Assembly: GCA_964449865.1 (NCBI GenBank)
Contig: CAYVBR010000015.1
Location: 203,341-235,340, forward strand
Direction: 5' to 3'
Length of the DNA stretch: 32,000 nucleotides
From: an uncultured Candidatus Nitrosotenuis sp.
GTDB taxonomy: Archaea > Thermoproteota > Nitrososphaeria > Nitrososphaerales > Nitrosopumilaceae
Shown here: positions 23,664 through 31,955 of the stretch, piece after piece
How the letters are laid out: each line of letters opens with the position of its first letter
How positions within the stretch are numbered: the stretch's first letter is position 1
Program-made: the position numbers and the translations under genes
The notes under the pieces: generated by a model
Told to the model about the DNA's origin: nothing
Database searches by the model: none
Seen by the model: only the letters and a program-made list of their open reading frames with translations

Positions 23664-24059
23664 TTGTTAAATCTAATTCATCATGACTCTATTAAGAAAT
23701 GCACGCCTGCTTACTGCGTGGAAGGACTAGAGGTAAAACTGCCAATTCCAAAAAGGTTTACAGATGCGCAGTTACGCATGCTTGAAGACTATTTTAGAGA
23801 GATGCCGATTGAGGAAATCCTAACCGGATTAAAGTTTGCAAAAAACAGGTGGTCTGCAAAGGACGCCGGAGTTCTAAAGGTCGGGAGAAAAAGCATTATA
23901 CAAAAAGAAGTCCATTCCGTTACGAACGAGCAGGCGCAGTGGAGGCTGAAGAACTGGAAAATGATGATCTCAAATTATAGGCGACGCGGATACAGCTACC
24001 CGACAATATCTAGAATAAAGAAAATCCTTGTTGAAAAAAGTAAAAAGAAGTCTAAATGA
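23664..24059 (+). CDS. hypothetical basic protein (113-131 aa), function unknown
   Basis: The ORF opens at TTG 23664, only 4 nt from the divergent gene. GTG 23718 would give the 59-bp divergent spacing around the AT-rich TCTAATTCAT seen at other gene pairs. The 3' end overlaps cdvB by 8 nt. Confidence 0.5.
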   Translation: MLNLIHHDSIKKCTPAYCVEGLEVKLPIPKRFTDAQLRMLEDYFREMPIEEILTGLKFAKNRWSAKDAGVLKVGRKSIIQKEVHSVTNEQAQWRLKNWKMMISNYRRRGYSYPTISRIKKILVEKSKKKSK

Positions 24060-24708
24060 GTGATTCTTTTTTCTGCAAAATTCCAGTTGGGATGTCGCTT
24101 GGTGGCTCTGGGATGATTGCCCTTGTCTGGCCTTCGATTACTGCCTGAGCCTCTTCCAAAATTGCAAGCGTGTCTGAGTTTGAACTGTATGTTGTGACTG
24201 TCGTATCTGATGCGCTCATAGAAGAGCCTGTCAGCACGTCTCCTAGCACTTGTGATAGGTTTTGCATTGATGATGTTGCCTCTGGCATTATTCCGCTCAG
24301 CGATGCGCCTAGTCCCTTGATTACTGACATGCATGGGCTTAGTGTTACCACGATGTCTCCAAGTTCTGACACTGTGTTTAGTCTGAGCTGAATCTGTTCT
24401 AACGCAAGTTTTGCACCGTTTACCATGTTGTGCATTTTTCTAATCTCGAGCAATTCCGTGGCATATGCCTTGGCATAATGCTGGTTGTTGGCTTTTTGAG
24501 CTGCGATTATTTTATTAAAAATGTAATCATTTTTCTGCTTTATTTTTCCCGCGATTCCGTCAAGTTTTACTATCTGAAGCTGGAGGTTTTTCTGCGCTAC
24601 GTCTATCTTGTTTTTGAGTGGTACGTCTGGCTTTACTCTGTCTAGTATTTTCTGTGAGAGATTGTCCCCGCGTCCCATATCGTTCCATCTGTCACTTAGC
24701 GACCCCAT
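24052..24708 (-). CDS. cdvB: cell division protein CdvB (ESCRT-III / Snf7 family), short form without a C-terminal winged helix
   Basis: Collinear similarity to my recollection of Sulfolobus CdvB: AYATELLEIRKMHNMV..LALEQIQLRLNTVSELGD..L.P.M, then EEAQAVIEGQTRAIIPEPPSDIP, which is a MIM2-like Pro-rich motif. Confidence 0.88.
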   Translation of the reverse strand: MGSLSDRWNDMGRGDNLSQKILDRVKPDVPLKNKIDVAQKNLQLQIVKLDGIAGKIKQKNDYIFNKIIAAQKANNQHYAKAYATELLEIRKMHNMVNGAKLALEQIQLRLNTVSELGDIVVTLSPCMSVIKGLGASLSGIMPEATSSMQNLSQVLGDVLTGSSMSASDTTVTTYSSNSDTLAILEEAQAVIEGQTRAIIPEPPSDIPTGILQKKESLI

Positions 24709-24746
24709 TTTCCATTATTGATAGAAAAATTGATTTTAAACAAGTT

Positions 24747-24793
24747 TGTAACCACTGACCCTGTCACTCTGGTTACAAGATCATCCGGTTACA
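24747..24793. promoter_or_regulatory. inverted repeat TGTAACCA-N15-TGGTTACA plus a third GGTTACA copy, upstream of the cdvB TATA (ATTTTAAA 24733-24740)
   Basis: Read directly: 24747-24754, 24770-24777 and 24787-24793. It lies between the stop of the upstream thioredoxin-like gene and the cdvB promoter. Confidence 0.45.
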
Positions 24794-24796
24794 GCG

Positions 24797-25882
24797 TTAT
24801 CCGAAGGTAAACGTGTAGATTTCAAATCCCGGGCTGTCCACTTGAATCTCTATTGTGTGCCGCCCAGAGTCTTTTGTCTTGGCAATGTTGTAGAGTCTTG
24901 ACTCTGAAGTGTGAACCTTGCCGTCCTTGACATCTGAACCGGAATCTTCTTCTGATATTGGCTTTCCGTCAAGCAGTATGGTAAGCTCCGACTCTCCAGA
25001 CGCTACAATGTTTACGTCTCTTGCAAAGTATGGCAGCTTGATTGCCCCTGAATCTGACACCAGTCTCATGCGGTCTGAAATGTTTTTCCAAACTCCGTCC
25101 AAGTAAAAGTGATTGCTTTCTAATTTATCTGGAATGACATATGTGACGTCGTTATTTGGATTAAATCCTTCTGAATTCCCAAGCAGATTTCTTCCGTGAG
25201 CAAAGTCATACCCGAAATATAATTCCGGGGTCCCGGCGCCATTTTCAAATTCTTCAATTTCTACAAGCGGCTGTACCGTATCCATTTTCAGTCCAAGTCT
25301 TGATGCTCGCTCATTTAGCAGGTCTTGGATTACTTTTTCAGTTTCTGCATACTCTCCCTCACCTATGTGATCATATCTGATGTACCCTTCGTCATCTGCA
25401 ATGTATTTTCTTGGCCAGTAGTTGTTTGAGAACGCACTCCAGATCTCTTTGTCATTATCAAGCACTACTGGATACGTGATTCCGAATTTCTCAGTTGCCT
25501 GCTTTACATTGTTGATGTCTTTTTCAAATTCAAATTCTGGTGAATGTATTCCAACTATGACTAGTCCCTTGTCTGCGTACTTGTCGTTCCAAGCTACGAT
25601 GTATGGGATTGTCCTCTGGCAGTTTATGCAGCTGTATGTCCAAATGTCATAGAGCACCACTTTGCCTTTGATCTGATCTTTGAGCTGCTCAGCATCCGTG
25701 TTGATGTATCCTGCAATCCCTTGCAGTTCTGGCGCTTTTTTGAACTGGCTTTTATCAATCGATAGCGTATCAGTGCCGGTGTTGTTTGGGGCTTCTAGCG
25801 AGGTAAAGTAGGCACTCAGCCCTCCTATTGCTCCTGCAATCACTATTCCCATGATTATTGCTGATTTAATTTCTGATCTCAT
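24797..25882 (-). CDS. membrane-anchored thioredoxin-like (TlpA/redoxin, DipZ-type) thiol:disulfide oxidoreductase with a C-terminal beta domain
   Basis: N-terminal TM helix and a redoxin fold with active site WTYSCINCQ (CxxC). VGIHSPEFEFEKD and YPVVLDND are also present. About 150 extra C-terminal residues resemble DipZ. Confidence 0.8.
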   Translation of the reverse strand: MRSEIKSAIIMGIVIAGAIGGLSAYFTSLEAPNNTGTDTLSIDKSQFKKAPELQGIAGYINTDAEQLKDQIKGKVVLYDIWTYSCINCQRTIPYIVAWNDKYADKGLVIVGIHSPEFEFEKDINNVKQATEKFGITYPVVLDNDKEIWSAFSNNYWPRKYIADDEGYIRYDHIGEGEYAETEKVIQDLLNERASRLGLKMDTVQPLVEIEEFENGAGTPELYFGYDFAHGRNLLGNSEGFNPNNDVTYVIPDKLESNHFYLDGVWKNISDRMRLVSDSGAIKLPYFARDVNIVASGESELTILLDGKPISEEDSGSDVKDGKVHTSESRLYNIAKTKDSGRHTIEIQVDSPGFEIYTFTFG

Positions 25883-25886
25883 TTTC

Positions 25887-26615
25887 TTACCCTAACAACA
25901 AGTCATTCAAGAACGGGAAACTTGCAATTCTGGCAAGCTGGTTTGTAAGCACCAAAATGCCCAGCATGATTATCAAGCTGCCCATGATTATGGAGTAATA
26001 CTTCAAGTGCTTGCTTAGCGCCCGGATCAGTCTTGTGAACCTTGAGAAGAACACTCCCATTAGAATAAACGGAATTCCAAGTCCTAGGGAATATGCAAGC
26101 AACAACGTAAATGCCTGCCCTGGCGTGGTGGCAGCCAAGGTCAAGACGCTTCCAAGTATTGGGCCAATGCACGGCGTCCAGCACGTGGCAAATGCGAGCC
26201 CGAATACAAACGATAGCGGATAGCTGGCCTTGCCGCCTTTTGGCAAAAACTTCTTTTCAAAATTCAGCTTGTTTATCTTGATTGATAATAGCATGAATGT
26301 TCCAAACCCAATTATTATAATTCCGCCAACTTGGTTTAGTCCTGATATTAGACCCGATACCACACTTGATAGTACGCTGTTTAGTACAACGCCAAAAATA
26401 GAAAACACCACTGAAAACCCGAGGACAAAGAATATTGTGTTTAACAAAACGTTTAGCCGATTTGCGACCGTGATCACGCCGTTGTTTTTTTGAAGATCCG
26501 TGATCGTTGTTCCGGAAATATATGCTAAAAATGCAGGTATCACCGGCAGTATGCACGGTGCAAGAAATGAACCAAGGCCTGACACTGCTGCTATTGCGAT
26601 GGTTATCTCCGACAT
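25887..26615 (-). CDS. ccdA: cytochrome c biogenesis / thiol:disulfide electron transporter CcdA (DsbD family)
   Basis: Six-TM protein with the two conserved Cys motifs, APCILPVIPAFLAYISG and WTPCIGPILGSVL. Ends 4 nt upstream of the thioredoxin-like gene. Confidence 0.88.
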   Translation of the reverse strand: MSEITIAIAAVSGLGSFLAPCILPVIPAFLAYISGTTITDLQKNNGVITVANRLNVLLNTIFFVLGFSVVFSIFGVVLNSVLSSVVSGLISGLNQVGGIIIIGFGTFMLLSIKINKLNFEKKFLPKGGKASYPLSFVFGLAFATCWTPCIGPILGSVLTLAATTPGQAFTLLLAYSLGLGIPFILMGVFFSRFTRLIRALSKHLKYYSIIMGSLIIMLGILVLTNQLARIASFPFLNDLLLG

Positions 26616-26711
26616 GATACGTTGGATGTGATTTTTTTATTAAAGCATTCTTCCAGATTTGCTCCTATTTGGCAGATATTGCTTTTTATCTAACCGTTCC
26701 ATGTGACATCC

Positions 26712-26816
26712 ATGAATAAAAGATTCCTTGCAATTGGAATAGCGTTTGCAATCATAATTGCAATTGCAGTTTATGTCGGCTCGCCAATGTTTTTGGGCAT
26801 GGACATGCGCAGATAA
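26712..26816 (+). CDS. candidate small membrane protein, 34 aa (MNKRFLAIGIAFAIIIAIAVYVGSPMFLGMDMRR)
   Basis: My own translation; the ORF is below the track cutoff. It has a single TM helix. The TATA-like CTTTTTATCT sits about 27 nt upstream. Confidence 0.4.
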   Translation: MNKRFLAIGIAFAIIIAIAVYVGSPMFLGMDMRR

Positions 26817-26818
26817 CA

Positions 26819-27952
26819 CTAGAAAATCTTAAACTTTCTTCCAGCTTTTTCAAAAACTTCTAGCGTGTATTCTATCTGCTTTTTGGAAATCCACGCCGTG
26901 ACTGAGACTCTTATCCTTGCGCTGTTTTTTGGGACAGTCGGATATCTGATTGGCTGGGCAAACACCCCGCAATCAAATATGTATTTTCCAAAATCAAGTG
27001 TCTTTTTTTCATTTCCAACTATGATTGGAATTATATGTGTTGGAGATTTTATGTCGTAGCCGATTTCTTTTAGTCCCGAGGCAAGCAGTGCCGTGTTTTT
27101 CGCAAGTGCCGCCTGCCGTGTTTTCCTGTCCTGCCCCAGTCTGTCAAGTGACATCTTGACAAGAAATGATGGGAGTGCAGACGTATAGATGAATGATTTT
27201 GAGCGGTTTATGCACAAATCTACTATTGAATCGTCTGCCGCGACGTATCCTCCAAAGGAACCAAGTGCCTTGCTCAGGCTGCTTACGTATGCGTCAACTT
27301 TTTTGTCGACTCCAAAGAGATTTGCGGTGCCCCTGCCGTCATTGCCCACTGCAAAATCCCCATGCGCATCGTCTAAGATTAAAATCGCGTTGCTCTTCTC
27401 AGTGATCTCTGTCATCTGTCTGAGGTTGGCATAGTCGCCGTCCATGCTGAATATTCCCTCTGTGATTACGAATTTTCTCATCTTGGAATGTGCCTTGATT
27501 TTTTTTGCCAGGTCTTCCACGTCGTTGTGTTTGTAAACCTGCACCCTTGCGCCAGTAATCTTGCATGCCTCAATGATGCTTGCGTGGTTTAGCTCATCGC
27601 TTAGTATTAGATCTTTTTTTCCAACCAATGCGGAAATGACTCCTAGGTTTGCCATGTATCCTGTCGGAAACACTAGTGATGCTTTCTGTGATTTGTGTGC
27701 CGCCAGTTTTTTTTCAAGTCTTCTAAAAGAAACGTCGTTTCCAGAAACCAGGCGAGAGCTTGACTGCAGTTGGTTTACCTGGCTTTTCTTTACCTGTAGT
27801 CCCAAGTAGTCGTTTGAGCAAAGATTGATGAGAGTTTTTCCTCCGATCGTTATGCGTGATTCTTTGACATGGCCGTAGCGTAACTGCCTGTGGAGATCCT
27901 CTTTCTTTATTTCTCTTAAAAGATGGCTTACAAATTCGAGTTTAGGCTTCAA
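26819..27952 (-). CDS. bioF: 8-amino-7-oxononanoate synthase (PLP-dependent acyltransferase)
   Basis: Alpha-oxoamine synthase pattern (NDYLGL, DDAHG, SSLSKALGSFGGYV with the PLP lysine), in a bio cluster context. Confidence 0.88.
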   Translation of the reverse strand: MKPKLEFVSHLLREIKKEDLHRQLRYGHVKESRITIGGKTLINLCSNDYLGLQVKKSQVNQLQSSSRLVSGNDVSFRRLEKKLAAHKSQKASLVFPTGYMANLGVISALVGKKDLILSDELNHASIIEACKITGARVQVYKHNDVEDLAKKIKAHSKMRKFVITEGIFSMDGDYANLRQMTEITEKSNAILILDDAHGDFAVGNDGRGTANLFGVDKKVDAYVSSLSKALGSFGGYVAADDSIVDLCINRSKSFIYTSALPSFLVKMSLDRLGQDRKTRQAALAKNTALLASGLKEIGYDIKSPTHIIPIIVGNEKKTLDFGKYIFDCGVFAQPIRYPTVPKNSARIRVSVTAWISKKQIEYTLEVFEKAGRKFKIF

Positions 27953-28922
27953 GATTTATTTTCTTAATCATTTCCAAGTCTTTTTCCATCTCGTTTCCGT
28001 CCATGGTCAGATAGCCAGAACTGATGATTCCGTTTGCACCGCTTAGGAGCAGTTCCTCGCCGCTATCTTTTAGGTGCACCTCGCGACCTCCGGAAATTTT
28101 GATTATTGCTTTTGGTAACGCGAATCGTGTGACTGCAAACATGCGTAAAATCTCTTCAAACGGCAGCGGCGTTTGCAATTCCAGCGGGGTTCCAGGCATT
28201 GCGACAAGCAGGTTTATCGTAACCTCCTCTGGAACCATCTTTGCTAAATCCAAAATCAGTTCTAATCTCTGACTCCGAGTTTCACCCATTCCTATTATTC
28301 CGCCCGTACACAGTTCAAGTCCTGCCTGGCGCGCTATCACAAGCGTGTCTATTCTGTCCTGGTACGTGTGGGTCGTGCAAATCTGCGGAAATTTTGATCT
28401 TGATGTTTCTAAATTGTGGTTGTATCTGCGTACCCCCAGTGCTTTTAGCTGTTTTGCCTGACTCATCGTAAGAAATCCTAAGCTGCATTCTATGCTGATT
28501 CCCACCTGGCGGTTGATCTGCCCAATTATGTCGCAAACCTTTTGAAAATCTGAATCCGACGGCTCTCTCCAAGCTGCGACAAGGCAATATGATTCTGCGC
28601 CTTCGTCTAATGCCTTTCTTGCCTTTTCTACTATCTCTTCTGCCGGAAGCAGCTGGTAGCTGTCAATTCCAGTATTGAAAAATGCGGATTGACCGCAAAA
28701 TGAACAATCCTCACTGCAATAATTTTTCTTAATGTTTGCAAGCTGCTCCACGTCCACCTTGTCTCCGCCAAACCTGCGCGTTATCTTGTTTGCAGCATCT
28801 GAGAGAGTCCTTAGTTCTGACTCGGGTATGTTGATTAGTCCTTCTATGTCCGACTCGGAAAGATTGGTGCCGTCTAGGACCTTTTGCTGACAGTTTAAAA
28901 TGAATTGATGATCAGGAATCAT
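27942..28922 (-). CDS. bioB: biotin synthase (radical SAM)
   Basis: CSEDCSFCGQS CxxxCxxC cluster, YNHNLETS, and GGIIGMGE. ATG 28922 is preferred over the adjacent TTG 28925. Confidence 0.93.
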   Translation of the reverse strand: MIPDHQFILNCQQKVLDGTNLSESDIEGLINIPESELRTLSDAANKITRRFGGDKVDVEQLANIKKNYCSEDCSFCGQSAFFNTGIDSYQLLPAEEIVEKARKALDEGAESYCLVAAWREPSDSDFQKVCDIIGQINRQVGISIECSLGFLTMSQAKQLKALGVRRYNHNLETSRSKFPQICTTHTYQDRIDTLVIARQAGLELCTGGIIGMGETRSQRLELILDLAKMVPEEVTINLLVAMPGTPLELQTPLPFEEILRMFAVTRFALPKAIIKISGGREVHLKDSGEELLLSGANGIISSGYLTMDGNEMEKDLEMIKKINLEA

Positions 28923-28945
28923 CAAACATTAGCGACTTTTCACGG

Positions 28946-28953
28946 TTAATTAA
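28946..28953 (-). promoter_or_regulatory. candidate internal TATA box TTAATTAA upstream of bioB
   Basis: A perfect TTAATTAA in the 72-nt bioA-bioB spacer, 28-31 nt from the bioB start. Confidence 0.45.
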
Positions 28954-28994
28954 GATTTCAATGTTAACTGGTCGCACTGTGCACTGGTTTACCA

Positions 28995-30308
28995 TTACTT
29001 TGCGATGTTTTTGATGGTGAGTATGGTTCTGTCTATTAGATAGTTCAACTCTGATTCTGAAATCGCAAGCGGTGGAACGAGCATGACTATGTTTCCAAGG
29101 CTTCTAAGGTAGATGCCGTTTTTCTTCGCCTCTTCAAAAATCACCTTATTCGTTGATTTTTTAAAGGAAATGGGAGTCTTTTTGTGCCTGTCCTGCACCA
29201 GTTCGATTCCCATGAGCATTCCCCTGTATCGTACGTCGCCTACCGTGTCTATGTCGAGAATTTCAGAGGTCCTTTCTTCAAACACCTTTGAGGTCTTTTG
29301 TATTTTTTTAATCAGGTTTGTTTTTTTGTACAGATTCAGGTTTTCGTTTGCAACTGCGCACGATAGCGGGTTTCCAGTAAACGTGTGGCCGTGGTAAATG
29401 TGCCTCATTTCTGAATAGTTTCCCAAAAACGAATCGTAGATGTTTTTTGTCATTAGCGTTGCAGCCATCGTGATGTATCCGCCAGTTAGCATTTTCCCAT
29501 AAGCGACAATGTCTGGTTTGCTGTTCTGAGACACATATTCTACAAGTGATCCCAGTCTTCCAAAACCTGTTGCAATCTCGTCTAATATGAGCAAGACCCC
29601 GTGCTTTTTGCACAGTCTGCTTATTTTTTCTTGGAACCGGTCTTGGTAAATGTTTACTCCTCCTGCCATCTGTGCCCCGCTTTCCATGACAAACGCTGCA
29701 ATCTTGTCGTTGCTTGAAAACAGTCTTTCAATTTTTTCTAATCTTTCCTTTTGGTATTCTGCCGGAGTTGTGTTGCCTGGCAGCCTGTAGCTGTTTGCAA
29801 AGGGGATCTGAATTGTTTTGTACAATTGGTTCTTGAATTTGGAAAAAAATCCCGGCACATATCCTACTGACATTGCCCCAAACGTGTCCCCATGGTATCC
29901 GTTTTGCAGGGTTGCAAACTGGGATTTGTTTTTCTCCCCCTCGTTTTGCCAGTACTGGAGGGCCATCTTGAATGACACCTCCATCGCAGTCGAGCCGTCG
30001 TCTGAATAAAATACCTTGTTCATGTATGGTGATATCTCTACGAGTCTTTTTGCAAGCAATTCCGCTTGATCATTTGTAAGATTGAACAGCGACGAGTGCA
30101 CTATCTTTTCTGACTGCTTTTTTATTGCGTAAATTAGCTCTTTTTTAGAGTGGCCCCAAACGTTGCACCACATGCTTGCCACCCCGTCAAGAATCTTGTT
30201 CCCGTCTGAATCCACAAGCCACATTCCTTGCCCTTTTACAATCTTTGTAAAAGAACCCCATTCTGACATCTGCGTATATGGGTGCCAAACGTAGCTGCTG
30301 GACTTCAT
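28995..30308 (-). CDS. bioA: adenosylmethionine-8-amino-7-oxononanoate aminotransferase
   Basis: VWHPYTQM N-terminus and class-III aminotransferase motifs (LILDEIATGFGRLG, AYGKMLTGG). ATG 30308 directly follows GTG 30311. Confidence 0.93.
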   Translation of the reverse strand: MKSSSYVWHPYTQMSEWGSFTKIVKGQGMWLVDSDGNKILDGVASMWCNVWGHSKKELIYAIKKQSEKIVHSSLFNLTNDQAELLAKRLVEISPYMNKVFYSDDGSTAMEVSFKMALQYWQNEGEKNKSQFATLQNGYHGDTFGAMSVGYVPGFFSKFKNQLYKTIQIPFANSYRLPGNTTPAEYQKERLEKIERLFSSNDKIAAFVMESGAQMAGGVNIYQDRFQEKISRLCKKHGVLLILDEIATGFGRLGSLVEYVSQNSKPDIVAYGKMLTGGYITMAATLMTKNIYDSFLGNYSEMRHIYHGHTFTGNPLSCAVANENLNLYKKTNLIKKIQKTSKVFEERTSEILDIDTVGDVRYRGMLMGIELVQDRHKKTPISFKKSTNKVIFEEAKKNGIYLRSLGNIVMLVPPLAISESELNYLIDRTILTIKNIAK

Positions 30309-30384
30309 CACATGTATGACTGGATTTTGTATTAATAATCAATCTGTGAAAAGGTTAATCAAGCAACTAGCTGGATTTTTTCTG

Positions 30385-31065
30385 TTGAAGTCGTACTTTG
30401 TCACGGGGACTGACACCGGGATTGGAAAGACCTGTTTTACTGCAGGCCTTGCGTTTGCAATGAGAAACTTGGGAATCAACGTGGGCGTAATGAAGCCGTT
30501 TGCGACAGGCATTCCGCAAAAGACTGGGTACAAGTCCGAAGACGTAACAATTCTAGTCGAGGCATCCGGCGCAAAAGACGACGAAAGTGTGGTAAATCCG
30601 TATTTTTTCCCAATTCCTGCATCGCCATACATGGCGGCAAACAAGCTAAAATCTGTAATCGATGTCAGTCATGTGTTAGATAAATTTGAAAAATTGCAAT
30701 CTCTTCATGACTCTGTTCTAGTTGAGGGCATCGGTGGAATCATGACGCCGATTCTCAAAGATTACTGTGTTGCCGACCTGATTAAGGACCTTAACCTTGA
30801 GGTTCTGATAGTGGCAAGCTCAAGAATTGGAACCGTGAACCATACTCTTCTGACATGTGACGCGTGCAGAAAGTACGGGCTCAAAACAAAGGGAATAGTC
30901 ATTAACAATTTTGACGCTGCGGGTTATGCCGTGGATGATCTTGGAACTGACTTGGAAAATCTTAGCGGGATTGACGTGCTGTGCTCAATTCCTCACATTG
31001 ATGGTTGCAACGCAGAGAAAATTTCCAAAATATTGGCAGAATCTGGTATGATTGGTGCGCTCTAG
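30385..31065 (+). CDS. bioD: dethiobiotin synthase
   Basis: With TTG 30385 as start, the protein reads M-KSYFVTGTDTGIGKT, as I recall for E. coli BioD (MSKRYFVTGTDTEVGKT). The ORF opens at ATG 30316, but that leaves only 7 nt to bioA and adds an atypical 23-aa extension. Confidence 0.88.
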   Translation: MKSYFVTGTDTGIGKTCFTAGLAFAMRNLGINVGVMKPFATGIPQKTGYKSEDVTILVEASGAKDDESVVNPYFFPIPASPYMAANKLKSVIDVSHVLDKFEKLQSLHDSVLVEGIGGIMTPILKDYCVADLIKDLNLEVLIVASSRIGTVNHTLLTCDACRKYGLKTKGIVINNFDAAGYAVDDLGTDLENLSGIDVLCSIPHIDGCNAEKISKILAESGMIGAL

Positions 31066-31694
31066 ACCTTAAAGATTTTAAATTTTGACTGCGTTTTTGA
31101 GGAGCAGAAGGCGCTGATATCGTTTATTATGTTTGAAAACGAGCAGCCATTTTCAATTTCATATGTCTTGTACTCAAGGCCGAGACTTGTTTTCTGTATC
31201 AGCCAGATGTTTTCTTTTACTGGTTGTATGGTCTTTATTTTATCCAGTGACTCAAGAATCTTGTTGGCATTCTTTGTTTTTGGGAAAACTATGACAAGTG
31301 CGTCTTTTGGCGATGAAACAAGCGTTCGCACGTCTGGAATGACAATGTCTAATTCTACTGATTTAGGTGCTACCTTTCTCTGGCTTGTGATGAGGGCATT
31401 TGTAAGCAAATAATGCATCAGTGACTCTGCAAACGCCTCAAAGTTTTCATGCTGATCTCCGCCTAATTTGGCAATCCTTGGATGGCAGTTACTCACCACT
31501 TGCCTGATCAAACTGGCCGTGTTGTTTTTTGAAATCTCTGTCTGAATTTTTTGCTCTGAAATTGAGTTTATCTGCTCATAGAGCATTTCTTTGATTGGAG
31601 ATGCCTCGCTCATAATCTTGTCAATGGTCCGTAACATTTCTTGTTTTGGATTTGAAATGCTAGTTTTGCATCTTGATCCGAGTTTTTTCTTCAA
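31062..31694 (-). CDS. hypothetical protein (210 aa), function unknown
   Basis: Long ORF convergent with bioD, overlapping it by 4 nt. No family recognised. The TTG start is uncertain; the internal Met at residue 20 is an alternative. Confidence 0.55.
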   Translation of the reverse strand: MKKKLGSRCKTSISNPKQEMLRTIDKIMSEASPIKEMLYEQINSISEQKIQTEISKNNTASLIRQVVSNCHPRIAKLGGDQHENFEAFAESLMHYLLTNALITSQRKVAPKSVELDIVIPDVRTLVSSPKDALVIVFPKTKNANKILESLDKIKTIQPVKENIWLIQKTSLGLEYKTYEIENGCSFSNIINDISAFCSSKTQSKFKIFKV

Positions 31695-31736
31695 AACGTA
31701 GAAATTCCTAAATTCGCGGTGTGATTCTGAGAACTA

Positions 31737-31955
31737 GTGAAAAACGCCGAATGCAAAAGATGCTTGAACAAGTTTGATCAAAAAGACATTTACACGATTC
31801 AGCAGTTCCAATACAGAAAATCCCCATCATACGAGTGGACTGTGGAGTTCTTTGGAATCTTAAAGATCGACGAGTGGGAGTCGTTTTGCGAAAACTGTCT
31901 TCGCTATTATGGGCAAATATCAAGTGACGTGTGGGCAAAATATTGCAAAAAATAA
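31737..31955 (+). CDS. small Cys-rich (CxxC...CxxC) zinc-ribbon-like protein, 72 aa
   Basis: CKRC and CENC pairs. GTG start lies 27 nt downstream of the TATA-like AAATTCCTAAATTC. Confidence 0.5.
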   Translation: MKNAECKRCLNKFDQKDIYTIQQFQYRKSPSYEWTVEFFGILKIDEWESFCENCLRYYGQISSDVWAKYCKK

